Below, one piece after another: positions 20,460 through 28,641 of a stretch of 64,000 nucleotides of DNA. Numbering within the stretch: the stretch's first letter is position 1; every line of letters starts with the position of its first letter. The notes under the pieces were generated by a model. It did no database searches. It was given only the letters and a program-made list of their open reading frames with translations, and was not told the origin of the DNA. This DNA is from an uncultured virus (IMG/VR IMGVR_UViG_3300031613_000001). Lineage: Duplodnaviria; Heunggongvirae; Uroviricota; Caudoviricetes; Crassvirales. The translations under genes and the position numbers were made by a program. The stretch is from IMG/VR virus record IMGVR_UViG_3300031613_000001; one strand, 5' to 3'.

Positions 20460-20876
20460 TTATTTTATATTTAGTTGTTTTAATAGTTTGATTAACTCTG
20501 ATTTATTTTTAATTTCTCCAAGATATAACCTCTTATTTCTTAATTCATCTAATATGGTATATTCAAAAACAGTACTATATTCATCTCTGTAATAACTAAA
20601 TACATAATGTTTTAATTTAAATACTTCTATTACTCCATTTGGAAAAGTTGAATATGAGTTATCTTTCCAACCTAAACTTTCTATATCTTCTTTATCTAGG
20701 TATTTAACTTTTTCTAATGACATATTAAGTTCATCTAATTTACTATTTCCTCTTTGATCTAACATTGTTTCATAAAAACATGGTAACCAACTATCACATT
20801 CTTTATTTAAATGTTCATATTCAAATCCTACATAAAACTCCTCTATACTTGGTGTGTAATATTCACTTTCTTTCAT
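20460..20876 (-). CDS. Hypothetical phage protein
   Basis: YYTPSIEEFYVGFEYE...VKYLDKEDIESLGW...GEIKNKSEL. Confidence 0.7.
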   Translation of the reverse strand: MKESEYYTPSIEEFYVGFEYEHLNKECDSWLPCFYETMLDQRGNSKLDELNMSLEKVKYLDKEDIESLGWKDNSYSTFPNGVIEVFKLKHYVFSYYRDEYSTVFEYTILDELRNKRLYLGEIKNKSELIKLLKQLNIK

Positions 20877-20905
20877 TTTATATTATTTAAGTTTTGTTAT
20901 TTTTA

Positions 20906-20941
20906 CAAAGTTAGTCATAATATTTGACAATAGCAAGTAAA
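20906..20941 (-). promoter_or_regulatory. Bacteroidota sigma-A promoter
   Basis: TAACTTTG (20906-20913), 19-nt spacer, TTTACTTGC upstream. Confidence 0.65.
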
Positions 20942-21066
20942 TCTAAGTATATTTTAAAACTTTAACATAATTTGTTATATATACATAGCACTAATAGTTA
21001 AATAGGTGATAAATTTTTTTATTTTTTATATTTAGAAAATTATTTATGGAATAGAGATATAGGACT

Positions 21067-21114
21067 AACAAACAAACCACCCCCATTCTTTTTAACAAAA
21101 GGGATATACCCCCT
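21067..21114 (+). repeat. Imperfect ~47-bp repeat, copy 1 (candidate early promoter)
   Basis: AACAAACAAA..CCATTCTTTTTAA....AGGGAT...CCC also at 22004-22049. Confidence 0.6.
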
Positions 21115-21139
21115 AGTAACTTTATAACATTGTAAACAT

Positions 21140-21397
21140 ATGAAAACTTTATTCGTATTATTACTGCTAGCAATAGCAGTACTATATCCAACGACTGAAG
21201 ATCTAACGATCGTGAAGTCAGAGATAACCACAAACAAACCGTTTGCTGGAACTATTAACAATAACCTTGTGGGTATTGACATCTCATGTGCATACTGGCT
21301 AAAACCAGACAGCATAGATGAAGTTACTACCTACAGGGTGACATCACCATTGCTACTTAAGTGGCTTGGTGCAATATATTCAACAGAGGTGCTATAA
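21140..21397 (+). CDS. Small secreted/membrane early protein
   Basis: 85 aa with signal-like N-terminus MKTLFVLLLLAIAV. Confidence 0.6.
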   Translation: MKTLFVLLLLAIAVLYPTTEDLTIVKSEITTNKPFAGTINNNLVGIDISCAYWLKPDSIDEVTTYRVTSPLLLKWLGAIYSTEVL

Positions 21398-21427
21398 GGC
21401 ATCTCTGAACCACTAAACAACAAAATT

Positions 21428-21733
21428 ATGATTGTAAATATAACTGAGGTGTCTTACGATAACCTCAAAATGAAAGGTAATAGTTGTGTAACTTTTAACA
21501 ATGATAGTGGTGTTCAACGTAAGTTGTCATCTTACTCTCATGGTATATCAGGTATCATAACTGTTGAAATGAATGGTGTAACTTATGTTGCTAAGTTTAA
21601 TTTCTCATGTATTGGAAATGATGGCTCTATTGAGTATATAACTGATACTCATATTAGTATGAGATTAAGATTAGATTCTTTTATGAAGCTTCAGATTACG
21701 TCTTATGCTTTGATTAAAAACATGGCATTATAA
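21428..21733 (+). CDS. Hypothetical early protein
   Basis: 101-aa ORF followed by terminator. Confidence 0.6.
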   Translation: MIVNITEVSYDNLKMKGNSCVTFNNDSGVQRKLSSYSHGISGIITVEMNGVTYVAKFNFSCIGNDGSIEYITDTHISMRLRLDSFMKLQITSYALIKNMAL

Positions 21734-21734
21734 T

Positions 21735-21760
21735 ATAAGGGGGAAAATCCTCCTTATTTT
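21735..21760 (+). terminator. Rho-independent terminator
   Basis: ATAAGGGGGA-AAA-TCCTCCTTAT-TTT. Confidence 0.65.
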
Positions 21761-22003
21761 AATTATTAAAACAAGCAATTATGTGTAACGAAGACTATGA
21801 GAACTCACTCTATGAGCGTACTGAGGACATCTATGAAAAGATGTGTAATGATTAAGACAGCATTCAACCTCAACCTAGCACTTATTACATTCTTTGTTGT
21901 AAGTGCTTACATCTTTGACCTAACAGCACTGTACGCATGTGCATGTGTATTCCTAATCATACTACCTGCTTGCTCACGCAAGGGGTAGTAGCTTTACGTA
22001 AAG

Positions 22004-22049
22004 AACAAACAAATCAAACCATTCTTTTTAATATCAGGGATTTTCCCTT
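22004..22049 (+). repeat. Imperfect ~47-bp repeat, copy 2
   Basis: Matches 21067-21114. Confidence 0.6.
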
Positions 22050-22131
22050 TACTTCATTGTTCTAGCCAATGTAGTTATAAAACACATATAAGTGACGATA
22101 CTAGATAGTCACAACACTAAATCACAGTATC

Positions 22132-22617
22132 ATGAGTAAATTAATTGAAATGAAAGCGAGTATCAACATTAACCCTGTTAATGGTGAGAAAACAAAGCAG
22201 TTTGTAGGAGAAGGTCGTCTTGTAGGTTCTATCGGAACTAAAGATATGGTTTACACCAATTCAAAAGGTGTTGAGAAAAGCTATCGTCTTGCAACAGCTA
22301 AGGTCAACATCAAAGGCTTGGGAGAACGTGCACTATTGTTGCAAGTACACCAATCTAACATTGAAAAAATGGAAGACGGTGTTGAGGGATTTGAATCAGG
22401 AGAAAACTACCTTACAACGGTACGTCTTGTAAAAAAGACAGACGGTACAGGTATGACGTTACTAGGTAACATCTCTCATTTAACTGGTTCTGGTTCTGAT
22501 AACGACGTTAGCGATGATGAACTTGCTGCACTTGGTGAAAACTTTGATGCAGATCAAGCTGAAGAACCTGTAGCAGCAGCAGCTGAAGCAGCACCATCAA
22601 TTGGCGGTGTTAACTAG
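22132..22617 (+). CDS. Highly expressed early protein, SSB/OB-fold-like with acidic tail
   Basis: 161 aa, beta-rich, acidic Ala-rich C-terminus, strong terminator. Confidence 0.5.
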   Translation: MSKLIEMKASININPVNGEKTKQFVGEGRLVGSIGTKDMVYTNSKGVEKSYRLATAKVNIKGLGERALLLQVHQSNIEKMEDGVEGFESGENYLTTVRLVKKTDGTGMTLLGNISHLTGSGSDNDVSDDELAALGENFDADQAEEPVAAAAEAAPSIGGVN

Positions 22618-22634
22618 TCCACACTAGTACTATC

Positions 22635-22661
22635 AAGGCTACCCTAACGGGTAGCTTTTTT
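22635..22661 (+). terminator. Rho-independent terminator
   Basis: GCTACCC-TAAC-GGGTAGC-TTTTTT. Confidence 0.85.
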
Positions 22662-22880
22662 ATTATGTAACACTCTCTGAATGAACAAACTATCTAATGT
22701 AGTATGTGAACAACCTGTAGCCTGATTAATCCAATACATGTTGATTTTACTAATACATAAATTAAAGGAATCCCAGAAATCCTAGAAAATAAAAGAAAGG
22801 GTAGTAATATATGAAATCATCCGTAAGATAGATGACACACTGTGAAAAGAGTTGTGCTGATATATTATGATAACAAACAG

Positions 22881-23018
22881 TAAATCTTTAGGAAGTAGCT
22901 TGAGTGTGCTGTATTTACTGATGTTTCAGTAATCATGGACAGTCATGACATTGTTGACTTATAAAACAGACCTATATAAAGTCAATTTACACTCACTCAA
23001 GCAAAACCTATTGATTTA
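22881..23018 (+). ncRNA. Candidate structured RNA (four-way junction)
   Basis: GCTTGAGTG/CACTCAAGC closing stem enclosing three hairpins, in a 500-nt ORF-free gap; strand inferred from neighbours. Confidence 0.5.
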
Positions 23019-23178
23019 AATTACATAGCATTAATCCAATTTAATTAAACACAAGATAACAAAACATCAAAGTTGATGTCTAGTTTTTAAATGGTTACAC
23101 GAGCTAAAAAAAATTGCAGTGCAAAGTAGTGAAATACTACGTTATATTATTATTAATTATTAATTTAAATTTTAACAA

Positions 23179-23604
23179 ATGAAAAAGTTATTTTTTATGT
23201 GCTTATTAATGTTTACATTTACTGTAGGTATGAATGCACAACCTGTTTACGATTATAACAAATCTACAACATCGGATACCACAAAAGATGTGGTAAATAA
23301 TACACCACTAGTATCAGTGGCTGATATTATTATTGATCAATTATCATCTGTAGATGATACTAATACATTTATTACAAATAACATACAACAAGTTAGCTTA
23401 GTAGTAGCTAATGATGTTGGTAATATGTTACAACCAACATTTAATGATCTATATCAAAGGTCATGTGTTGAATTTGGTAATATATATAATAGTAATTTAC
23501 AACACATGAGTCCACTTATTACAAATACAAATACAAATAGTGGATTTATACAAGATTACTATCCTAGTATTAACAATTTAGTAATCATACGTAGTAATAG
23601 ATAG
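23179..23604 (+). CDS. Secreted hypothetical protein
   Basis: Bacteroidota-type signal peptide MKKLFFMCLLMFTFTVGMNAQ. Confidence 0.65.
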   Translation: MKKLFFMCLLMFTFTVGMNAQPVYDYNKSTTSDTTKDVVNNTPLVSVADIIIDQLSSVDDTNTFITNNIQQVSLVVANDVGNMLQPTFNDLYQRSCVEFGNIYNSNLQHMSPLITNTNTNSGFIQDYYPSINNLVIIRSNR

Positions 23605-23649
23605 TAAAATATTAAATAAAAAATCGTCTTCTATTTAATATGGAAAACG

Positions 23650-23700
23650 ATTTTAATGCAGCTATTAACAGTCACAAGCCTGTATAAATGCAGAGTGTTT
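23650..23700 (+). ncRNA. Twister self-cleaving ribozyme (P1-type layout, P1 weak or absent)
   Basis: U^AA TGCA GC TATTA ACAG TCAC AAGC CTGT ATAAA TGCA GA GTG: P2 TGCA/TGCA, P4 ACAG/CTGT, pseudoknots CAC/GTG and GC/GC. Confidence 0.75.
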
Positions 23701-23717
23701 AACAAATAATAACAATT

Positions 23718-23879
23718 ATGCAAAGAAAACCACCACAACCTTGCAAACCATTCACAGAATGTTGGTGTGAACAAAGACCTAATAATCCAAATTGTAGTGA
23801 CGTTGGTACAGTACCAATAAATAACATATTATGGATATTCATTTCAATAATAATAATATTAATCATTAAATACAAATAA
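23718..23879 (+). CDS. 53-aa Cys/Pro-rich peptide with C-terminal TM helix
   Basis: MQRKPPQPCKPFTECWCEQRPNNPNCSDVGTVPINNILWIFISIIIILIIKYK. Confidence 0.55.
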   Translation: MQRKPPQPCKPFTECWCEQRPNNPNCSDVGTVPINNILWIFISIIIILIIKYK

Positions 23880-23881
23880 CC

Positions 23882-24103
23882 ATGAACACAATAATAATAA
23901 CAATAAGTATCATACTATGGATTAGTTATGGTATATTTACATGCTATCAAAGAGTATTAGAAAGTATAGATGATAATGACGGTATAAATACTTTAGCTTT
24001 TAGTGATGTAGTAATAATATTAACATTAATAATAATAGCACCTTTATCATTAATATACAGAATTATAATAGGTATATTTAAAATCCCTAGAAAATGGTAT
24101 TAA
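23882..24103 (+). CDS. Small membrane protein
   Basis: 73 aa, two hydrophobic segments. Confidence 0.55.
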   Translation: MNTIIITISIILWISYGIFTCYQRVLESIDDNDGINTLAFSDVVIILTLIIIAPLSLIYRIIIGIFKIPRKWY

Positions 24104-24856
24104 TAGAAATTAGCGATAACGAACTATCAAAAGGATTAGATCAAGTTGGTAGTTCATTAAATAGTTTATTCATAATATTAGTAATGATAATAATAATTAT
24201 ACTGATAATAAACTATATGATAGAAAAAAAAGAAAAATAATAATAGATTATATTCATTTTGGTTGGTGGTTAATCAGAAAGGGCTAGTAAGAAACCGATT
24301 AAAGTTTCCCTAGCCCTTTTATAAATACCCCTTACCCTTCAAATATTATCTTATTAACAAAGACGAATGTAGAGGATGTCAACACTGTTGTAGCTTTTCG
24401 TTTTTATATTGCACAAAGCTACAATTAATATTTGACAATTCCTAGTAATTAACAAACTATTTTATATTATTTAACCATAAAATATATGATATAATAATAT
24501 AGAGTGTATTAAAAAACAATAGAATGAAATCATATACAATAAAAGAGATAGAAACAATGGTAGAAAACATGATGTCACACACTAATAATCTTGAAGATTT
24601 ACGTGATCATTTAATGTTTGAAGGTGATTTTCCTGACTATGCTAAATAATCTATCATAAAATAATAGAGTGTCTATTATTTAATCATAAACAATTAATAA
24701 TCAACAACATGAAAATAATGTGGACACTAATAATATTAGGTATAATAATATTTGTACTATCAGATAGAGATTAATATATTATTATATAATATACTCTATG
24801 ATAAAAAAATATAGTAGTATATCTTAAAAAAATAGAATCAATTAAATAATAATAGA

Positions 24857-25168
24857 ATGATAGATAAAAAAGAAAATCCAATAGTAATAATGGTATTAAT
24901 TATTTTTACTTTAGTGCTTTTTATAGGTACCGTTACATCATGTTCATCTAAAAAAGCATATTGTCCTAACTATAACTATAGTAAAATAGATAGATTTGTC
25001 TCTATAGACGAGTGTAAAGCAATAACATTTTCTAATGATACATTATACAATGTAAATAAAAATGTAGCATCTAAGATAGTTATAGGTAAGGATTATATCA
25101 TAGATATAAAAGTTAGACATGATACATATTGTAACATAGTTCAAAAAGATTTATTAAATATACATTAA
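24857..25168 (+). CDS. Putative lipoprotein
   Basis: Hydrophobic leader ending VTSC. Confidence 0.55.
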   Translation: MIDKKENPIVIMVLIIFTLVLFIGTVTSCSSKKAYCPNYNYSKIDRFVSIDECKAITFSNDTLYNVNKNVASKIVIGKDYIIDIKVRHDTYCNIVQKDLLNIH

Positions 25169-25451
25169 TTATGAAATTAATAATAGTTTCTTATTTTATA
25201 TACAATGGTATATTTAGATGTTTTCCAGAAATAGTAAATTTAAATTTTGATGTAAAAACAAGAATTGATTCTTTTAATAAGAAAAATGAATCTTTTGCAG
25301 ATAAATATAATTATATATCTAAATCTGCAAAAAACAAAAGAAACAAATACTAAAATAAAACGTTAAACCTATGACGTTGTGATTAAAAATTAAGGCTTTA
25401 ACAATGTATGGTAGATTGCCGTATGAATTAGCTACCATTAATCACTAAATA

Positions 25452-25475
25452 AAGATAGAATATAAATTGTAAAAT
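25452..25475 (+). repeat. 24-bp exact repeat AAGATAGAATATAAATTGTAAAAT (copy 2 at 25794-25817), candidate promoter
   Basis: Identical copies, each directly upstream of a structured non-coding segment. Confidence 0.7.
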
Positions 25476-25588
25476 TAAATATTACTCAGGAAGGGTGAGT
25501 CAATGGTTTCTCCTTAATTAATAAATTAAGTGATTCAAAAAGGGAAGTGACTTATATTTAAATTTTACATATTACATCTGTCAATTAC

Positions 25589-25625
25589 CTACATTCAACA
25601 GGTTGAAAAATGAGTGTAGTTTTTT
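25589..25625 (+). terminator. Terminator-like hairpin
   Basis: CTACATTCA...TGAGTGTAG followed by T6. Confidence 0.55.
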
Positions 25626-25819
25626 ATTAACTTAAATTATTGATAAATGGAAATAAAATGGGATAACGAATGTAAAAGATGTAGTACGGGATGTACACAT
25701 GATTATTGTCATGATTGTCAAATGTTAGGACATGACCCCAGTTTAAGTAATTATAACAAGAGAACTGAAACCGACTAGTTCTATAAATATTAGAAGATAG
25801 AATATAAATTGTAAAATCA

Positions 25820-26268
25820 TTAATTGTTGTGGCTCATTAGTGGGCTTCCTTGAAATTACATATTAAATCTTATCAAGTGTACCAACTGTATTGTAATATG
25901 TTGGTTGTGTATAAAGAGACACTAGTGCGTCACATCACTTTACACTACACTTAGGAGTTTACAGCAAGAGATATTAACGTAATAAATTAGATTAGAATTT
26001 ATAAAGCCTCTTAATACCTCGCGACCATTTATAATAGTGAAGACGGATGTCTTTTATGAGATTTACCTCTAGCAGCTATTATAGATGGTGCTAAACGCAA
26101 AGCGTGAAATCAGTAAAAATTGACTCATAGGTTTAATATAATCCCTAAAGAGGTGTAGTAGTGACTAAATTTAGAATAATATGTACTAAAAAGAAACATA
26201 CTAAAGGAAGAGCTGCAAGGGGATGAAACCTCGCTTATAAACATTAACTAATGGGCAGTTAGTTTTTT
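25820..26268 (+). ncRNA. Candidate large structured ncRNA (~440 nt)
   Basis: Six nested long-range helices from 25832/26256 inwards plus local hairpins; no credible ORF; ends in T-run. Confidence 0.6.
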
Positions 26269-26335
26269 ATTAATTAAACAATTTTATATTATGAGTAAAC
26301 AAGGAAAGATAGATTAACAAAATGTTAACATTAAC

Positions 26336-26784
26336 GGGGCTGACTGGTTTTGACCGCAATGTAAATATTAATAAACAGTAGTGAGTGATCACTTTAAATA
26401 TTGTAGATGAAATTTCTAAACGGAAATAAAATGAGTACGCAGGAAACTGCACAGGAAATGGCTAACATGAGTGTTGTTCACAACATTCTTAACGGATCTG
26501 ACGATCTAGTTGCACCAGTTGCAAAAGTTAAGTTAGCAATGGCAGCATAATGCCAACGGTGAAAAAAGCATTGTAGTAGCCATTATGTAGTAACTTATCA
26601 CAGAATGCTTGATATTCTGGTATGTCCAGATAGACCCGAAGTACATTAGTATAGTGAAGCTGTATGATAAGTTAATTTAATTTAGTATGAGTACCTAATG
26701 TAGAAGAAAACTATAAATTGAAAAACTGTATAATTTATTAATAATCAAATTGTTGGGACAGGGGTTCGACTCCCCTCAGCTCCA
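26336..26784 (+). ncRNA. ssrA: tmRNA
   Basis: 5' GGGGCTGACTGGTTTTGAC; 3' AGGGG-TTCGACT-CCCCT-CAGCTCC-A; G3:U70 alanine determinant; internal frame ending ...KLAMAA-TAA at 26550. Confidence 0.92.
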
Positions 26785-26907
26785 CAGACTTCGCCGTCTA
26801 AAAAGCTGTGCCAGCAGGATATCTGGCAAATATAACATCATCCAGAATTTTTAACACTTTTCTAGATTTGGGTAAGGTTATGTATAAAAGTGTACTATAT
26901 TGCAATT

Positions 26908-26944
26908 AAATAGAGTCTACAACTGTTTTGTAGGCTCTTATTTT
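26908..26944 (+). terminator. Terminator after tmRNA
   Basis: AGAGTCTACAA-CTGTT-TTGTAGGCTCT-TATTTT. Confidence 0.6.
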
Positions 26945-26959
26945 AAAACATAATATAAA

Positions 26960-27111
26960 TGCTTATTAGCTCAGTTAGGTAGAGCACTTGGAAAAGATAA
27001 CGCTACAAAATATATAGTAAAGAACTTTTTTACTAAAGTTGTTAATCTTTATATTTGTATAGATAATTTCTAAAATTCAGGATGTCACTGGTTCAAATCC
27101 AGTATAAGCAT
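26960..27111 (+). tRNA. tRNA-like gene with 85-nt insert replacing the anticodon loop; identity undetermined
   Basis: Acceptor TGCTTAT/ATAAGCA, D arm GCTC-AGTTAGGTA-GAGC, stem CTTGG/TCAGG, variable ATGTC, T arm ACTGG-TTCAAAT-CCAGT. Confidence 0.75.
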
Positions 27112-27152
27112 TTTTATATTAAAAATTAATTATTAACTTAAATTTTATAACC

Positions 27153-27344
27153 ATGAATCAATCAAATGTAGCCATTCAGGCGTATCAAAGAAAAGAAAGA
27201 GTAATTCGAGTATTTAAAATGAAATACATAGGTGATAGACCTACTTGTAAATCAGTAAGAGTTATTGCTAGCACATGTAGATTTAATAGATTAAATAACC
27301 GAATGAGAGCTGAATTAGTTTCTGATTTTGCTATATTTAAATAA
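27153..27344 (+). CDS. Small basic hypothetical protein
   Basis: 63-aa ORF with AT-rich leader. Confidence 0.5.
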   Translation: MNQSNVAIQAYQRKERVIRVFKMKYIGDRPTCKSVRVIASTCRFNRLNNRMRAELVSDFAIFK

Positions 27345-27354
27345 ATTTAAAATC

Positions 27355-27672
27355 ATGTTAGAAATGTATATTATTGGAAGTTGTATAATAATAATAATGA
27401 TATATAATATTTATTATTATAAAAAGTATATTATACAACCTAAATTAGAAGAAATATTAGCTGGTGGTATATATTCAGTAGTAAAAGTATCAGAAAATAA
27501 ATATTGTATAGTTAAAAATTTTTCTAAATATCAAGATCATACTGTTGTATTAGGACTTGATAATTATGAATGGTTTAAATGTAAATCAAATATGCTTACG
27601 GTAAACACAACTTATGTAAATTATTATGAAGCATTTGATAAAGCAAAAATATTAAATATGAAAAACAAATAA
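27355..27672 (+). CDS. Hypothetical membrane-anchored protein
   Basis: N-terminal hydrophobic helix; ATG at 27355. Confidence 0.5.
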   Translation: MLEMYIIGSCIIIIMIYNIYYYKKYIIQPKLEEILAGGIYSVVKVSENKYCIVKNFSKYQDHTVVLGLDNYEWFKCKSNMLTVNTTYVNYYEAFDKAKILNMKNK

Positions 27673-27697
27673 ATAAAATTAAATAAACAAAATCTTT

Positions 27698-27910
27698 AAT
27701 ATCGTTTCACTATGATAGAGACACGGTAGCTGTAACTACAACTTATCATAGCTTAAAGTAGACTCTAACCTTTGGTCTTTAAAACAATTGGTAAAGTGAC
27801 AATGCAAAACCATAATATCGGGATTTATCTATCTATCCCACTTCTCTAAACAGGTACATACCTGAAAGGTATTATGGTTAAGTATTGTTAATAAGTTTCA
27901 GATGGATATT
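27698..27910 (+). ncRNA. Candidate structured RNA (~210 nt)
   Basis: Helices 27710-27717/27744-27751, 27797-27805/27882-27890, 27808-27819/27868-27879 with two inner hairpins. Confidence 0.5.
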
Positions 27911-27917
27911 TTAAAAC

Positions 27918-27982
27918 AATTTGATGGTACTCATAAATGCTTTTACTCTGAACCATATACACAAAAAGAGTATTGTTTATAA
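27918..27982 (+). repeat. 65-bp direct repeat (copy 2 at 28577-28641, 3 mismatches)
   Basis: Duplicate of the 3' end of ORF 28369..28641; identity stops at the TAAC core. Confidence 0.9.
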
Positions 27983-28040
27983 CGGTTGGGCTATGTGTAG
28001 TGCCTTAAAAAAATACACTAACTTTTAAATAAAAACTAAA

Positions 28041-28253
28041 ATGAGTAAAGAGACACAAAACAACGAATTAAGTAATAACAAGGCATTACATATAGATAGT
28101 TTTAGCAACAGTACTCTCATTTACAATGCAATAAAAGAACAGACTAAAAGGAAAGTAGCTATAAGAAAAGGATGCCCAAACCAACAATGCTTTTGCACTG
28201 GTAAATGCCAAGAGATAATTGGATGGCGTGATAAGTTGCCAAATGAGTATTAG
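28041..28253 (+). CDS. Array ORF crossing an attC-like junction
   Basis: ATG inside hairpin A; KALHIDSFSNS is encoded by the right arm; Cys-rich body. Confidence 0.65.
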   Translation: MSKETQNNELSNNKALHIDSFSNSTLIYNAIKEQTKRKVAIRKGCPNQQCFCTGKCQEIIGWRDKLPNEY

Positions 28254-28368
28254 TATTGTTGCTAACGCTTGGGCTATGAATTGAAGCCCTAAACACAAAG
28301 TTCGATTCACAACAATAACCTTGACAGGGCTTTTATTTATAGCCTGTGTTATAAATTTTACGGAAATT

Positions 28369-28641
28369 ATGCGAGAAAGATTGCTAAACCCTAAAACATT
28401 GAACATAGAACTGGAAGCATTGCAAATCACAATTATAGATGGTGTTTCTTATAGAATATTTACTAAAAAATATACTTCTATTGATAACGGTAGTTGCCAA
28501 TGTTATAAAGATTGTAATTGCAGTAGTAAAAGAGGAACAATAACAAATACAGAAATAACTTGGTATAGAAATATTAAATTTGATAGTACTGATAAATGCT
28601 TTTACTCTGAACCATATACACAAAAAGAGTATTCTTTATAA
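28369..28641 (+). CDS. Array ORF, Cys-rich (start uncertain; frame open from within hairpin B)
   Basis: MRERLLNPK...CQCYKDCNC; stop coincides with TTTATAA core. Confidence 0.6.
   Translation: MRERLLNPKTLNIELEALQITIIDGVSYRIFTKKYTSIDNGSCQCYKDCNCSSKRGTITNTEITWYRNIKFDSTDKCFYSEPYTQKEYSL

Noticed and set aside
22805..22867. Hammerhead-like three-way junction (GAAA...CTGA)
   Set aside because: Core reads CUGAUAU rather than CUGANGA and the UH cleavage site is missing.
25820..26268. RNase P RNA or intron
   Set aside because: AAACCTCGCTTA resembles the RNase P 3' end but GAGGAAAGUCC is absent; no intron core or flanking exons.
26960..27111. Calling the tRNA-like gene a UGA or amber suppressor
   Set aside because: No simple excision yields a canonical 7-nt loop with UCA; TTCTAAA is out of register with the stem.
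28276..28368. Extra recoded TGA at 28282 (ATG AAT TGA in frame with the array ORF)
   Set aside because: The ATG lies in a hairpin arm without the usual AT-rich leader; ATG 28369 is more plausible.
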